Virus record (IMG/VR): IMGVR_UViG_3300040985_001232
Span: 1 to 27,867 of that record
DNA: 27,867 nucleotides
Strand: one strand, 5' to 3'
DNA from: a virus
Lineage: Duplodnaviria > Caudoviricetes
Under the pieces are notes generated by a model. The model ran no database searches, had not been told where the DNA came from, and worked only from the letters and a program-made list of their open reading frames with translations. Positions 1-10,235 of this stretch are shown in pieces; within the stretch, counting starts at the first letter, position 1; the number at the start of each line of letters is the position of its first letter. The position numbers were made by a program, and so were the translations under genes.

Positions 1-1358
1 ACATTAGAATTAGAAGCATCTTTATATTCCGTTGTTAACTGATTCAAGTTAAGAATATTAAAGTCTTTAGGTTGACTAATTTCGGGTAATATATCCTCTA
101 TTTTTGATGTCTCGCTATATCTCCAAACAGCAATATTAAATATTAAATTAGGTAATACATATTCAAAAACGTGTCTTGAATACCTAGATAAGAATGCGTT
201 TAAATCTTCCCTATCTACAGTTTTAGCCGTTCCGCTTTGGTCATTACCTACCATTTGTATAATCTCCATGTTAATACTCGCTAACCCTCTTTTTTCTTCC
301 TTCGTTATTCTATCCTCAACCTTATCTATAATATCAATAGGTTTAGATATATAACCAGCTGGAGGCGTTGGTAATGGTGCATCTGGATTGATAGAATCTC
401 TATTTATTGTGTGAATACCATAAGGACTCTTAGAAACCTTACCACTACCCCCACAATTTTTACATGAAACAGGGGCATATTCAGTATCTTTACCATTCTT
501 TATTTCTGTTTGGACATAACCACCATCACAGCCATCAGCATCACATTCAACCGCATACTCCCATTTCTCCATCCATAGATGATTCATGTAACTAGCTTGT
601 GCATCACTAGTTAATTGAACTACTTGATTCCAATGAGGTAAAACACCCCTTATATAAGACTCATAGTAATACGGCGCATCTTTACCTTTTATAATTCCAC
701 CTAATCTGAAAACAGGTACAAAACCAAAATCATGAGTATATTCAAAATACAAACTCCATTGATCTTTTCCATCTATTTTTTTATAATAAAGTATTTCAGA
801 AGTTGTGAATATTTTAATTACTCCATCAACATAAAAAGTATAGTATTCATCTTCCACAAAATCTATTAAAGTTTCTGATCTATAAATAGTTGCTATAGGT
901 TTATATAATTCTGTTTCTTCAATATCAAAGCTCTCAGGTAGAACTACTATAGCAGCATTAGGATCGCTAAAATCTTTTTGTGTAAATGTTTCAGATATAA
1001 AATTAATGATAGACCTATAAAATGGATAGTCCTCAGTTAAATATTTAGAGAGTGTTTCATCGTTTACACCATTTCCCATTTCTGGAAAATTAATATCCCA
1101 TAGTCTAGGATTGAATATTTTATTAACAGTATTTACTACCTTTTCGCTTAAAGATTGCGTAACTGGTTCATAAGAGTCTAACCTATATTTTTTAATCTCT
1201 GGTTGCTCATTTGGTCTATTTATATTTAATAAACCATCAGGACTTTCACCTTCTACATGAACTCCCATATCTACCGCATGAGATACCGTCTTATCGTAGT
1301 ATTCATGCTTAATCTTCTTTTGAGATATTTTGGTTAAATAATCGTTTGTTATATTCAT
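1..1358 (-). CDS. Probable portal protein (SPP1-gp6-like) with inserted DnaJ-type Zn finger; 3' end cut by window edge
   Basis: Not in the ORF track. Manual translation from ATG at 1358 (MNITNDYLTKISQKK...) stays open for more than 450 codons to position 1. Contains 'HDFGFVPVFRLGG' and 'QSGTAK..D', reminiscent of SPP1-like portals, and CDADGCDGG...CKNCGGSG. Confidence 0.65.
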   Translation of the reverse strand, partial: MNITNDYLTKISQKKIKHEYYDKTVSHAVDMGVHVEGESPDGLLNINRPNEQPEIKKYRLDSYEPVTQSLSEKVVNTVNKIFNPRLWDINFPEMGNGVNDETLSKYLTEDYPFYRSIINFISETFTQKDFSDPNAAIVVLPESFDIEETELYKPIATIYRSETLIDFVEDEYYTFYVDGVIKIFTTSEILYYKKIDGKDQWSLYFEYTHDFGFVPVFRLGGIIKGKDAPYYYESYIRGVLPHWNQVVQLTSDAQASYMNHLWMEKWEYAVECDADGCDGGYVQTEIKNGKDTEYAPVSCKNCGGSGKVSKSPYGIHTINRDSINPDAPLPTPPAGYISKPIDIIDKVEDRITKEEKRGLASINMEIIQMVGNDQSGTAKTVDREDLNAFLSRYSRHVFEYVLPNLIFNIAVWRYSETSKIEDILPEISQPKDFNILNLNQLTTEYKDASNSN

Positions 1359-1369
1359 TTTGTTATCTT

Positions 1370-2125
1370 TTAAAGATCATGTTTTGATATTAAATAATTA
1401 GCTAAGTTTAAACTTTGAGCATCTGTTAATGGTGTTGAGGTTATTATTAGTTCTTTGAAAACATTATCATAATAGATAGGGCTAGAATCTCCTATCCTAC
1501 CTATGGATATATTGTCCAAGTCAGGAATAGTATCTAACCCACTGCCATTATTAAGTCCAACTGCAACAACTACAACATCCTCAATTCCATTTATAAAACA
1601 TTGATAACTAGAATCGTTAATCCTCCATTCCACTACATCACCTATACTTATTGTATTAGTTGAGTTAAGTCTATTATTAACTGTACTAGAAGTATTTCTA
1701 ACTCTTAATAACGCTTCCCCTGTTGATTCTGCTCCTACCCATAAAAATGAAGACCCTTGGGTGCTGTCCGATATAGAAAATTGAACAAGGTTATTATCAT
1801 TAACGTAGATGAAAGAACAGGTTGACAAACCACTAAAAGAAGCTATATCTAAAGTATTCTCTAAGTACTCACTATTACTAGCTGTAAAAGTTACTTTAGT
1901 TGGATTAGTTGTGTTGTCTATTGTTGGAGCTGTTCCTAATACAAAATCTGCACTCGTATTAGATTTATCAAGCAAAGCATTTACATCTGTACCATCTAAA
2001 GTAATATAGTCTAAATCTGTAGAATCCAACCAAAGTAAAGGACTTAGTTTATAAGGATAATCATCCTTCCAAGGAATGTTAGGTTGCTTAAATATATGTG
2101 TATTAACTCCTGGTATCTTTCTCAT
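1370..2125 (-). CDS. Virion/tail protein with ConA/LamG-like beta-sandwich
   Basis: 251 aa; 'LSPLLWLDSTD' N-terminal motif and 'ISIGR...FKELII...LTDAQ..NLANYL' C-terminus typical of LamG-like phage proteins; lies in the tail module. Confidence 0.55.
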   Translation of the reverse strand: MRKIPGVNTHIFKQPNIPWKDDYPYKLSPLLWLDSTDLDYITLDGTDVNALLDKSNTSADFVLGTAPTIDNTTNPTKVTFTASNSEYLENTLDIASFSGLSTCSFIYVNDNNLVQFSISDSTQGSSFLWVGAESTGEALLRVRNTSSTVNNRLNSTNTISIGDVVEWRINDSSYQCFINGIEDVVVVAVGLNNGSGLDTIPDLDNISIGRIGDSSPIYYDNVFKELIITSTPLTDAQSLNLANYLISKHDL

Positions 2126-2844
2126 AATGCTTTATTAGTTGAACTCCTGTCATCTATTTCTAATCTTACTGATGCTTGTATTACTTCATAATTTTCTTGC
2201 CACTCTATTAAGTACTCTGCTCCGTCCTCAAAGTTAATTAATTTAAAGCTACCATCTAATGCTAAATAAAAAGCACTATGAATTATCATAGCTTGCATTG
2301 CCTCATGCTCATTTTCATCAAACCAACCTGTTATTAATTCTACGTCTTTTGTTTTTATAGTTCTTATTCTTTTGAATGAACCGTCAGACAAATCATAACC
2401 CTGAGTAGATGATTTTATTAATGGCTTTCTGTTAAATGCTTCTATATGAAACTTATTGTTAAAACTTGGTAATCCTTCATAATTATATCCTAATATATTA
2501 ACAGCGTTTCTAAATTTAACATACATTAAATTATCTGTTGAATCAACTACTTCAAATTCATCGCTTAGAAATACTACATTGTTTTGAACTGTGTCTACTA
2601 TTCTAAATCTATAGCAACCAGGATACACATCAGGGAAAACAAAGTCTTCTGCATACCATCTATAATCTGTACCGCTTATTATATCCTTAGTTAATACCGC
2701 AACATCATCATATACAGAAATAAAACTATCAGAATGAACTATATCAAAGCTCCAATAATTAAACTCTACATTATCCTCTAACTCATCACTATTATTATAG
2801 AATGCGTATGTTTCACCTATTACGTATTTATGCTTATACTCCAT
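2122..2844 (-). CDS. Putative tail/baseplate structural protein
   Basis: 240 aa acidic, beta-rich ORF overlapping both tail-module neighbours. Confidence 0.45.
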   Translation of the reverse strand: MEYKHKYVIGETYAFYNNSDELEDNVEFNYWSFDIVHSDSFISVYDDVAVLTKDIISGTDYRWYAEDFVFPDVYPGCYRFRIVDTVQNNVVFLSDEFEVVDSTDNLMYVKFRNAVNILGYNYEGLPSFNNKFHIEAFNRKPLIKSSTQGYDLSDGSFKRIRTIKTKDVELITGWFDENEHEAMQAMIIHSAFYLALDGSFKLINFEDGAEYLIEWQENYEVIQASVRLEIDDRSSTNKAL

Positions 2845-5077
2845 AATTATCAGCTCTTTCTAATGTTTCTATATCGGCTATTTCATCGTTTGGATTCCAT
2901 TTTATGTTTAAAAGATACCCCTCTTGTGCATTGCCTTCATTATCTTTATATGATAAATAACCATAATTATTATCACCGTTGTTTTCCATATTATCTATTA
3001 TTAAATCTAATTGCGTTTTAGTCATTGCAACAGTTAAACTATGTGTTATAGGATCGAATAGTCTATGCCCTTCGTTATTGTCTTCTATTGTTATATTCCC
3101 TATGGACGTTCTGGTTAGTCTTTGAGAATCACCTAGTAAACAAGTCTCAGCAGGATCAAACAAAGCACTAAAACTTCTGTTTACTTCTGTGTTAACGTTT
3201 ATAATTTCCTTGTCTAATGGAACACCCATCATAACAGAATTAACAATAGAGGCATGATTTAAAAACATATAAACAGGTGCGTGTCTTATATTGTAAGCTG
3301 TTGTAGGGTCATCAATTCCAGCCGTCGTACTAAAGTTTTGATTGTTTTCAGGTATAAATACTGATGCACTTCTAACTACAGCAACCAAAAATATATTACT
3401 ATCATATTTCCAAACCTTAGTAACATCTGTTTCATCATAAGTAGCTTGAATTAAACGCCCACTAGTTATTAACTTACTTGTTTGTGTATATGTTCCAGAT
3501 ATAGTAGGTATTGGTAATGAATATTCAGATGCAGTAGAAAAGTCCTCTAAATTACCTTTTAAATTCTCATCAGATGAAAATTTACTATAACCTATTTTAA
3601 TGTTTGAAAATACTAAATCGCTAAAAACTTCCTCTTTATATGATGTCCTTTCTTTTATAGATACGGGACTACCCAAATCTATTATTTCAGAATCAGTATA
3701 AAAGTATTCTAACAATTCTAATCTAAATGAATACTCTCCAGTATAATCTTTTTCAAAAGAATAACCCATGCCCCAAATAGCTTGAACAGAATCTAATATT
3801 TCTTTTAAAGAAACATTGATAGAGCTTGTAATGCCTCTTAATTTTTCTCCATTTGTTAAGACTGTTAGTCCTCCACAACCATCTACAGAATAACCATGCT
3901 GAGTAAGTCCAAGAAAAGAACTATTTAATGAATTGTTTTCACCACTTATAATGTATAAAATTCTATTTATTACATCGTGAATTAAACTAGACTTAACAGA
4001 ATTAGTACTAGCTGCATTTAGTAAAGAATATTCTATTCTAGATGAATGATAGAAATCTAAAGAATCTATTTGTAGGTCTGTTATTTCTCCTGCATCTGGT
4101 GTTTTTGGTCTTCCTTTAACCGCAAAGTAAAATATTAATTGATCTGCTGCATTTACCGTAACATCAACAGAAAAAGAAAGGCTAGTTACACCCGTATCAT
4201 TTACATAAGGTGAAGCACTATCTGTAGTACTTGCCCCCGTTCCTACTGAAACATCAGATATTAATGTGCCTACGTTGTTTAATCTTCTTACTCTATAATC
4301 ATATTCTAATTCAGCGTTTGAAGCTGCTGTAGTTAATGTTACTGTAGTTTGAAGCCTATATTTAACCGTTCCAGAAACCGTAACAGTTCCAGCCTTAGAC
4401 ATTATAAAATTAGAAGCAGTTGGAATAGTTCCTAACGTTTGCTCTGTTATTGTTTGAAATTCCTCTAGTTCATCATCTATTATTCCCTGAAAATTAAACT
4501 CTGGGTATAATGTAGCGTCATTACCGCCACCAGAAGCATCACCAGCGTTTGTATTTACAAACAAACTAGAGTTTCCTCCTACTCTGTAATTAGCTATGTA
4601 TTCATTTATTAATCTAATATCATTCCAATCAGCTGTATATTCAGTTAAACTAGAATTTAAAGTATTGCCGTCTAAATCTGTGGTAGAATCTAATCTAACT
4701 TTTGTATTTAATCTATTTATTACTTTTTGTTGGAATGTGCTTTCTTCAAAATCTACATTAAAATAGTTTTCGTCTAGTTCTCTGTTTTCCATTACAGCGT
4801 TCCCTACAAAAACATTTACCCATGAATTAAATTCATCCCTTCTAGAATCTACCGTTAATATAACACAAGCATTAAAACCTTCTAACTGAAAAGCATCCTC
4901 TAATATAGTTCTACCACCCCCTGCAAATCCTAATTTAAGAGTTCCAGAAGTAAACTTAAACATAACACCATGAGACTTGAAATCCCTTTTTATTTCAGAT
5001 TTAAAGTCTACCCATCCTTTAGGCTCTATTACCTCTGTATCTACGCTGTTATATGTTAAAGTAAATCTATACTCCAT
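2834..5077 (-). CDS. Putative tail tip/baseplate hub protein
   Basis: 747 aa; N-terminus 'EPKGW...IKRD...HGV' resembles Bacteroidota phage tail proteins; Thr/Ser-rich central insertion; downstream of tape measure. Confidence 0.55.
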   Translation of the reverse strand: MEYRFTLTYNSVDTEVIEPKGWVDFKSEIKRDFKSHGVMFKFTSGTLKLGFAGGGRTILEDAFQLEGFNACVILTVDSRRDEFNSWVNVFVGNAVMENRELDENYFNVDFEESTFQQKVINRLNTKVRLDSTTDLDGNTLNSSLTEYTADWNDIRLINEYIANYRVGGNSSLFVNTNAGDASGGGNDATLYPEFNFQGIIDDELEEFQTITEQTLGTIPTASNFIMSKAGTVTVSGTVKYRLQTTVTLTTAASNAELEYDYRVRRLNNVGTLISDVSVGTGASTTDSASPYVNDTGVTSLSFSVDVTVNAADQLIFYFAVKGRPKTPDAGEITDLQIDSLDFYHSSRIEYSLLNAASTNSVKSSLIHDVINRILYIISGENNSLNSSFLGLTQHGYSVDGCGGLTVLTNGEKLRGITSSINVSLKEILDSVQAIWGMGYSFEKDYTGEYSFRLELLEYFYTDSEIIDLGSPVSIKERTSYKEEVFSDLVFSNIKIGYSKFSSDENLKGNLEDFSTASEYSLPIPTISGTYTQTSKLITSGRLIQATYDETDVTKVWKYDSNIFLVAVVRSASVFIPENNQNFSTTAGIDDPTTAYNIRHAPVYMFLNHASIVNSVMMGVPLDKEIINVNTEVNRSFSALFDPAETCLLGDSQRLTRTSIGNITIEDNNEGHRLFDPITHSLTVAMTKTQLDLIIDNMENNGDNNYGYLSYKDNEGNAQEGYLLNIKWNPNDEIADIETLERADNYGV

Positions 5078-6152
5078 CTGTTTCTTTGCCTAATGCTAAA
5101 GCTGAAAGTGAAATTAATCCACTTAAATCATCGTTTACTGTAAATGATAAATTATCTCCTTGCTTAGAATCTAATATTAAATATTCATCAAACTTTCTAA
5201 CTAAAGTTATACTAGTGTTTGTACCATCGCAAATAGCTGATTCTATTTGATAACCACGCCTTAAAAAATCGTTTAAATTATTGTAGGATATTGAAAACTG
5301 AGTTTCTTCATCTTTAAGCCTTGAAAGAAATAACCCAGAATCTAATTCAGCCCTTCCTAATAATGTGTTATATGATAGATTGTGCATAGACGAATTAAGT
5401 AAGGTAGTATTCAAAGCGTCTACTATATTAATTCTTATTTCATTTACATAAAATAACTTCCCGTTGTTAGGTTCTGCTTTGTATTGTTCTGACGTTGTCG
5501 TTTCTTCTATTTGAAAATCATCTATAAAAAATTCTGGTGCTGTTCCTGCGTTATTTGTGTACGACATTCTAAAAGCGTCTATAGTTTTATCTTGAAGGTT
5601 CATATCCTCCAAAACTATAATTACTTCTTGCCAAACATCATTATCACCCTCATTTAAGTAATCCTCTAGCAAAACGGTATCTCCTACCTGCAATCCAGTA
5701 GATGTATTATATCCGAAAAAAGTTATGTCGTCTCCATTGCCCCACCTTCTATCAACATTCACCCACATAGTAATAGCTACATAAGCAGATAAATCAATAG
5801 TAGAACCCTTATCAAATTGCCATATATTACCTACATTAGGACCATCTACATGAACACTAGCTGATCCCGTTCTAGGTCTTTCAGTACTTGTAAAATCAAC
5901 ATCGTTACCACTAATATTAGAACCTGTCCAAGCTGCCGTATCTCCACCATTACTAACTAGTTCAGGTGTTCCGCTAAAGCCCCCAGATATAGCCATCTGT
6001 ATTCCATTAGCTTCATTTATAAAAGCTGCTGTCCTTAAATCATATAGGGTTAATGGATCAGAGTAAACTACTTGACCCACGTTATTATCACGCTCATGTA
6101 AATGAGCTGATAACTCTTTTCCTCTACCATCTATTAAAGTTGACTTTATCAT
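5067..6152 (-). CDS. Putative virion protein with inserted carbohydrate-binding (galactose-binding-like) domain
   Basis: 361 aa; 'DLSAYVAITMWV...WQEVIIVLEDM...FFIDDFQI' is a CBM-like pattern; N-terminal 'LIDGRG' resembles the two neighbouring genes. Confidence 0.5.
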   Translation of the reverse strand: MIKSTLIDGRGKELSAHLHERDNNVGQVVYSDPLTLYDLRTAAFINEANGIQMAISGGFSGTPELVSNGGDTAAWTGSNISGNDVDFTSTERPRTGSASVHVDGPNVGNIWQFDKGSTIDLSAYVAITMWVNVDRRWGNGDDITFFGYNTSTGLQVGDTVLLEDYLNEGDNDVWQEVIIVLEDMNLQDKTIDAFRMSYTNNAGTAPEFFIDDFQIEETTTSEQYKAEPNNGKLFYVNEIRINIVDALNTTLLNSSMHNLSYNTLLGRAELDSGLFLSRLKDEETQFSISYNNLNDFLRRGYQIESAICDGTNTSITLVRKFDEYLILDSKQGDNLSFTVNDDLSGLISLSALALGKETDGV

Positions 6153-6700
6153 ACATCTTCATAAAAACTAACTACTCCCGTTACTGACGCTGTTGAAGTT
6201 TCAATATAAATACCAATAGCTTTTCCTTTTTTAATTATAATTTTAGAGCTTGTTGAGAGTCTATATTGCTGTCCGACTGATGAACATTGCATATAAAAAA
6301 GAACCCCGTCAGAAGTTAACCCCGTTATATTAACTCCCGATTGAATCGTAACGCTAGGAGTTGCAGAGCTTCCAATAGTTCTAGAAACGGGGATAATATC
6401 ATTACCAGATGATGGTGTTCCAGATACTCCTACTATAACCGCTTGTGTTGCTGCTGTTTCAGAGCTTAATCTAAAATCAGAAACCTGAACGTCATTATCT
6501 CCTGTGTTTTTAAGATAAAAAATAAAATCGTCCGTTCCTGTAGGACTTATGTTTTCAAATGATGCAGACCAAACTTTGCCAGTTCTTTCGTTTAAATCTT
6601 GATCTTTAGTAGTTACCTCTGCCTGAGTTAATATCCTAAATTCTTTATTTATTGACGCTTTATAACCTTTACCTGTCCCGTCTTCTAATTGTAGTGCCAT
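6149..6700 (-). CDS. Putative virion beta-sandwich protein (paralogue of 6704..7291)
   Basis: 183 aa; 'LEDGTGKGYKASIN..RI', 'FYLKNT', 'IIIKKGKAIGI' align by eye with the neighbour. Confidence 0.5.
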   Translation of the reverse strand: MALQLEDGTGKGYKASINKEFRILTQAEVTTKDQDLNERTGKVWSASFENISPTGTDDFIFYLKNTGDNDVQVSDFRLSSETAATQAVIVGVSGTPSSGNDIIPVSRTIGSSATPSVTIQSGVNITGLTSDGVLFYMQCSSVGQQYRLSTSSKIIIKKGKAIGIYIETSTASVTGVVSFYEDV

Positions 6701-6703
6701 AAT

Positions 6704-7291
6704 TTATTCTGTTGGATTCTTTAAAAAACATACTAACGCTGCATATACTTTAACGCTTGTATTACTCGTTAAGGGCTTAAATTTAATTCCAATTGACCCT
6801 CCTTTTGGTATAATTTCGTTTATAGAAGCAAATGCTCTACCTGTTGATAGTTGTAGTATTATATGATCGTCTCCATCTGTCATAGTATCACCAGTAGACC
6901 CTTTGTATGAGTCAGCTAATATAGTATTTTGACTCCCATAATTTCTATTTCCTTTTATATCAACATCTGTAGCCCCAGATATAATAGTCCCAGTTGTTGG
7001 GTTTCTTATTACGGTTGCATAGGTTATATCAGAAGTATCTCCCCCCGTACTTGCAGAAACTCCTAAAGCTATAGCATCTATCATTAAGTTTTCATCTTCG
7101 TTATTTTTAACGTATAAAACAGGAGTCTCTACATCGTTTGTCAATGTAATATATCCTGTATTAATATTATAAGCGTCTCCATCAAAGTTAGCTTCCTGCC
7201 CTTCTGTATTTGATACAGACCTAGTGTAAAGCCTTTGACCTGAATTGACTTTAGCCATCTTACCTGACCCAGTTCCATCTTCTATAATCAT
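6704..7291 (-). CDS. Putative virion beta-sandwich protein (paralogue of 6149..6700)
   Basis: 195 aa; 'IEDGTGSGKMAKVN..RL', 'LYVKNN', 'IIPKGGSIGI'. Confidence 0.5.
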   Translation of the reverse strand: MIIEDGTGSGKMAKVNSGQRLYTRSVSNTEGQEANFDGDAYNINTGYITLTNDVETPVLYVKNNEDENLMIDAIALGVSASTGGDTSDITYATVIRNPTTGTIISGATDVDIKGNRNYGSQNTILADSYKGSTGDTMTDGDDHIILQLSTGRAFASINEIIPKGGSIGIKFKPLTSNTSVKVYAALVCFLKNPTE

Positions 7292-7293
7292 AA

Positions 7294-7734
7294 TTAAGTA
7301 TCTATTTCGTTTAAATTATTTTCTGTAATTACTGATAAATGAAAATTCATTTTCCTTAATTCTGTTAACATTTCTTTTAATATATCTTCTTGTTTTACGC
7401 TTACTGTCTTTAATAATGTATCACCATTTCTTAAAGCGAAAGATTCTTTTCCATCTGATTCTTCAAGAGTTAAATTAGGGCTAAAAACCTCATCTATATA
7501 ACTTTGAAAAGTTAAATCATCTAAAAAAGCGTCTCCATTTTCTTTTGCAAATTTAGTGTAATCTTTGTCTAGTACTAAATCCTGTTCAGGTTGCTTTTGA
7601 TAAATGCTATATAATATAGGAGCATCTAAAGAATTATACTTATACCATATATCCCCCTCTGCCCTCTTGGTAACCCTCCAAGTATCAGTATCAATTATTA
7701 CTATTAAATTCTCTTTATTAAATATTCTAATCAT
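7294..7734 (-). CDS. Hypothetical protein, probably structural
   Basis: 146 aa ORF with ATGA overlap to the tape measure stop. Confidence 0.5.
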   Translation of the reverse strand: MIRIFNKENLIVIIDTDTWRVTKRAEGDIWYKYNSLDAPILYSIYQKQPEQDLVLDKDYTKFAKENGDAFLDDLTFQSYIDEVFSPNLTLEESDGKESFALRNGDTLLKTVSVKQEDILKEMLTELRKMNFHLSVITENNLNEIDT

Positions 7735-9473
7735 ACCGAATATCTATTAATTTTTTTGGTTGTTAAAGATTGCTGTCTGCTTTGATGCAACGTGTAACCC
7801 TCACTATCAATATTAACTATGTTTTGAGGCATAGATTTTAATTGATCTGCAATTGGCTTAGTATCTAAGATGTTTATATTAGAACCCCCAGATTTACCGT
7901 TAACTATATTAGGGTCTAACTCTAAGTTGTTTATCTTATCAAATAGATTATGACCATATAGATTAGTGGCTTTTCTATTCATAACGTGTTCACCTATTTC
8001 AGCTTCTATTAAAGTGCCTCCTTGTGAATGTCGTTTACCCCCTATTCTACCACCTTTCTCAAATTTAGGTAAAGATAGTCCAGCTATTGAAGCAATCTGT
8101 ATCGCTCCTGCTGCTTTTGTTATTCCAGCTAAAACTAAGTTGCCTGGAGGTGGAGCAGACGCCAATGCCTTAGTAACTCCCTCTGCTGTGTTTATTATAG
8201 CCTGTGTTATTGATGCTGCCTTACCTACAATTGACGCCTCTCTAGATGTTTTTTTAAGTAATTCAAGACCTTGAAGTGTGGCAGTCTTTTTGCCGTCTGC
8301 TACTAATTGATCTCGTTGCATTTCTTCTTTGGAAGACGCTTCTTTTATTCTATTTATTTCATCCTGTTTTTCTTGCTCTATTAATATAGTCGCTTCTTTG
8401 TCTGCCTCTAGTTGTTCGGCTTTCAATATTGCAGCCTCTGCTTCTGCTTCTGATAGCGCTATTATTGCTTCTTGTTCTGCTTCTGACAATGCAAGAACAG
8501 CGTCTCTTTGAGCTTTAATAGTATTAGATAATATATTCCGCTTATTGTTTAGCGTGGTGAGCATTTCATCAGATTCTTCTAATATACTAAACAAAGCTCC
8601 TTCTGCTTCTGCCTCTGCTATTAAATCATCTGTGGTACCCTCACTTAATGCGTTTTGCTCCTTTAGTATAGCTAAACTTTCTTTTGCTAATTCAACTCTT
8701 TTTCCTTGAAGCTCATTCTCTATTCTAATAGCTTTGTCTATAGCTGCAAATCGTTCTTGTTCTGATAGTGTAGTATCTTCTGCGTCTTTGTTTAAGGCTT
8801 TTATCTCTGCCCTTCTTTTCCTAGTCTCTACAGTTAGCCCAGCCTGTGCAACTCTTAAAGCCTCATATCTATCAGACAATGCAACAGCGGCAGTAGATTC
8901 TGATTTTATTTCTGCTCCTAAACCTACAAATGATTTTTTAAGTATATCAACCCCCTCACTAAAGTCACCACTAAATATTTTAAATAACCCCTCACCGAAA
9001 GTAGATAGTCTATCTATTAAAACGTTAACGGTAGCACCAATCCCAGCCATAGCCTTACTAACTATATTAGCCCCTCTTTGAGTCTTAGTAAAAAAGGCAA
9101 CTAACGAACCCAAACCAACAACTAAAAGACCTATTCCAGTAGATGCTATAGCAACCTTTAGCAACTTCATTGCTTTAGATGTAGTATTAGCTGCTGATGT
9201 AGTTTTAAACAAACCAGAAGCCATATCACCAGCCCCTTTTCCTGCTATAGTAAATCTATTGCCTATAGAGGTAAGCTGTTCTCCTAACCCATTAAATGCT
9301 TTGCTTGTTTTTGAAACTGTTTTTGATTGCTCATCAAACTTTTCATTAGTTTCTGTTATCTCTTTTTGGGTAACGTCATTAGCTTTTGCGGTTTGCTCTA
9401 ATGATTTATTTGCAGCGTCGAGTTCTTTTTTGCCTGTAACCTGGTAATCTATGCGTATATTTTCGGTTGCCAA
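7731..9473 (-). CDS. Tail tape measure protein (short; TTG start)
   Basis: 580 aa, Ala/Glu/Lys-rich helical protein; 'LKVAIASTGIGLLVVGLGSLVAFF' hydrophobic segment and 'FEKGGRIGGKRHSQGG..IEAE.GE' C-terminal motif; directly follows a frameshifting chaperone gene. Confidence 0.8.
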   Translation of the reverse strand: MATENIRIDYQVTGKKELDAANKSLEQTAKANDVTQKEITETNEKFDEQSKTVSKTSKAFNGLGEQLTSIGNRFTIAGKGAGDMASGLFKTTSAANTTSKAMKLLKVAIASTGIGLLVVGLGSLVAFFTKTQRGANIVSKAMAGIGATVNVLIDRLSTFGEGLFKIFSGDFSEGVDILKKSFVGLGAEIKSESTAAVALSDRYEALRVAQAGLTVETRKRRAEIKALNKDAEDTTLSEQERFAAIDKAIRIENELQGKRVELAKESLAILKEQNALSEGTTDDLIAEAEAEGALFSILEESDEMLTTLNNKRNILSNTIKAQRDAVLALSEAEQEAIIALSEAEAEAAILKAEQLEADKEATILIEQEKQDEINRIKEASSKEEMQRDQLVADGKKTATLQGLELLKKTSREASIVGKAASITQAIINTAEGVTKALASAPPPGNLVLAGITKAAGAIQIASIAGLSLPKFEKGGRIGGKRHSQGGTLIEAEIGEHVMNRKATNLYGHNLFDKINNLELDPNIVNGKSGGSNINILDTKPIADQLKSMPQNIVNIDSEGYTLHQSRQQSLTTKKINRYSV

Positions 9474-9474
9474 A

Positions 9475-9765
9475 TCATTTCTTATTAGCTTTTTCTTGGC
9501 GTTGTCTCTCGACCTCTAAATTTTCGATGTAAATATAGTAATCTATTACCGATAATTTGCATATCTGATTGTATTTTATTATATCAAACGAAGAAACAGA
9601 CCATATTTGTCTATTTAATTTGTTTATATTCTTGAAATGTAGTCTTTCCTTATTTTTTGTATGTACTCTTTGTTTGCTTTTGTTGCCCTTAAAAAGACCT
9701 CTAAATCTTGTGCTGATATATCTGTTTGAGGTAGATATTCTCTCATTGGCTTTTGAAAAAAAAAA
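9475..9765 (-). CDS. -1 frameshift extension of the tail chaperone (gpGT-like; fusion about 253 aa)
   Basis: The -1 frame opens after a TAA at 9786-9784 and has no ATG. It runs through AGT TTT TTT TTT CAA to TGA at 9477-9475, one base before the tape measure TTG. Product: SKANERIST...FDIIKYNQICKLSVIDYYIYIENLEVERQRQEKANKK. Confidence 0.75.
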   Translation of the reverse strand, partial: FFFSKANERISTSNRYISTRFRGLFKGNKSKQRVHTKNKERLHFKNINKLNRQIWSVSSFDIIKYNQICKLSVIDYYIYIENLEVERQRQEKANKK

Positions 9766-10235
9766 CTGGTTTGAGGTTGTGATTTAAACAACTCTATTTT
9801 AGCCTCATTATAATCATAGTCGTAATCGGTTATAACTTCATCAAGATCAAAGAATACACAACTAAACAAACGATAATAAGTATCAGTTTCCATGTATTGA
9901 CTAGCTAGATTCTCAATAGAAGAAAGGAATACAGAAGCATCTACTATTTTACCTTTATTTAATGCGTCCTTAGTTACTCCTGTAAGTTCTAATAAGTCTT
10001 TACCAGTTAACCTCATTTCAGTTTCAGCTATAAATTCACTAAGTCTTTGATGCCTTTTAATTGGCATATCACCAAAGTTCTTAAACGTGTAAAACTCTTT
10101 ATCTCCTATCTTAAAAGCTAACTCAATTGTAGTCTTTAATTGAGGATGTAAACAAGTAGCGTTATATGGTAATCCATTCTGATCTACTTGGTTTCTAACC
10201 TTCCTAATCTCGTATCCAAATAATCTCATTAACAA
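9624..10235 (-). CDS. Tail assembly chaperone (gpG-like, 0-frame product)
   Basis: 203 aa ORF just upstream of the tape measure gene; contains a T10 run (9765-9756). Confidence 0.7.
   Translation of the reverse strand: MLMRLFGYEIRKVRNQVDQNGLPYNATCLHPQLKTTIELAFKIGDKEFYTFKNFGDMPIKRHQRLSEFIAETEMRLTGKDLLELTGVTKDALNKGKIVDASVFLSSIENLASQYMETDTYYRLFSCVFFDLDEVITDYDYDYNEAKIELFKSQPQTSFFFQKPMREYLPQTDISAQDLEVFLRATKANKEYIQKIRKDYISRI

Noticed and set aside
7966-9447. Plus-strand ORFs of 60-115 aa over the tape measure gene
   Set aside because: Antisense shadows of an Ala/Glu-rich gene; no independent coding signal.
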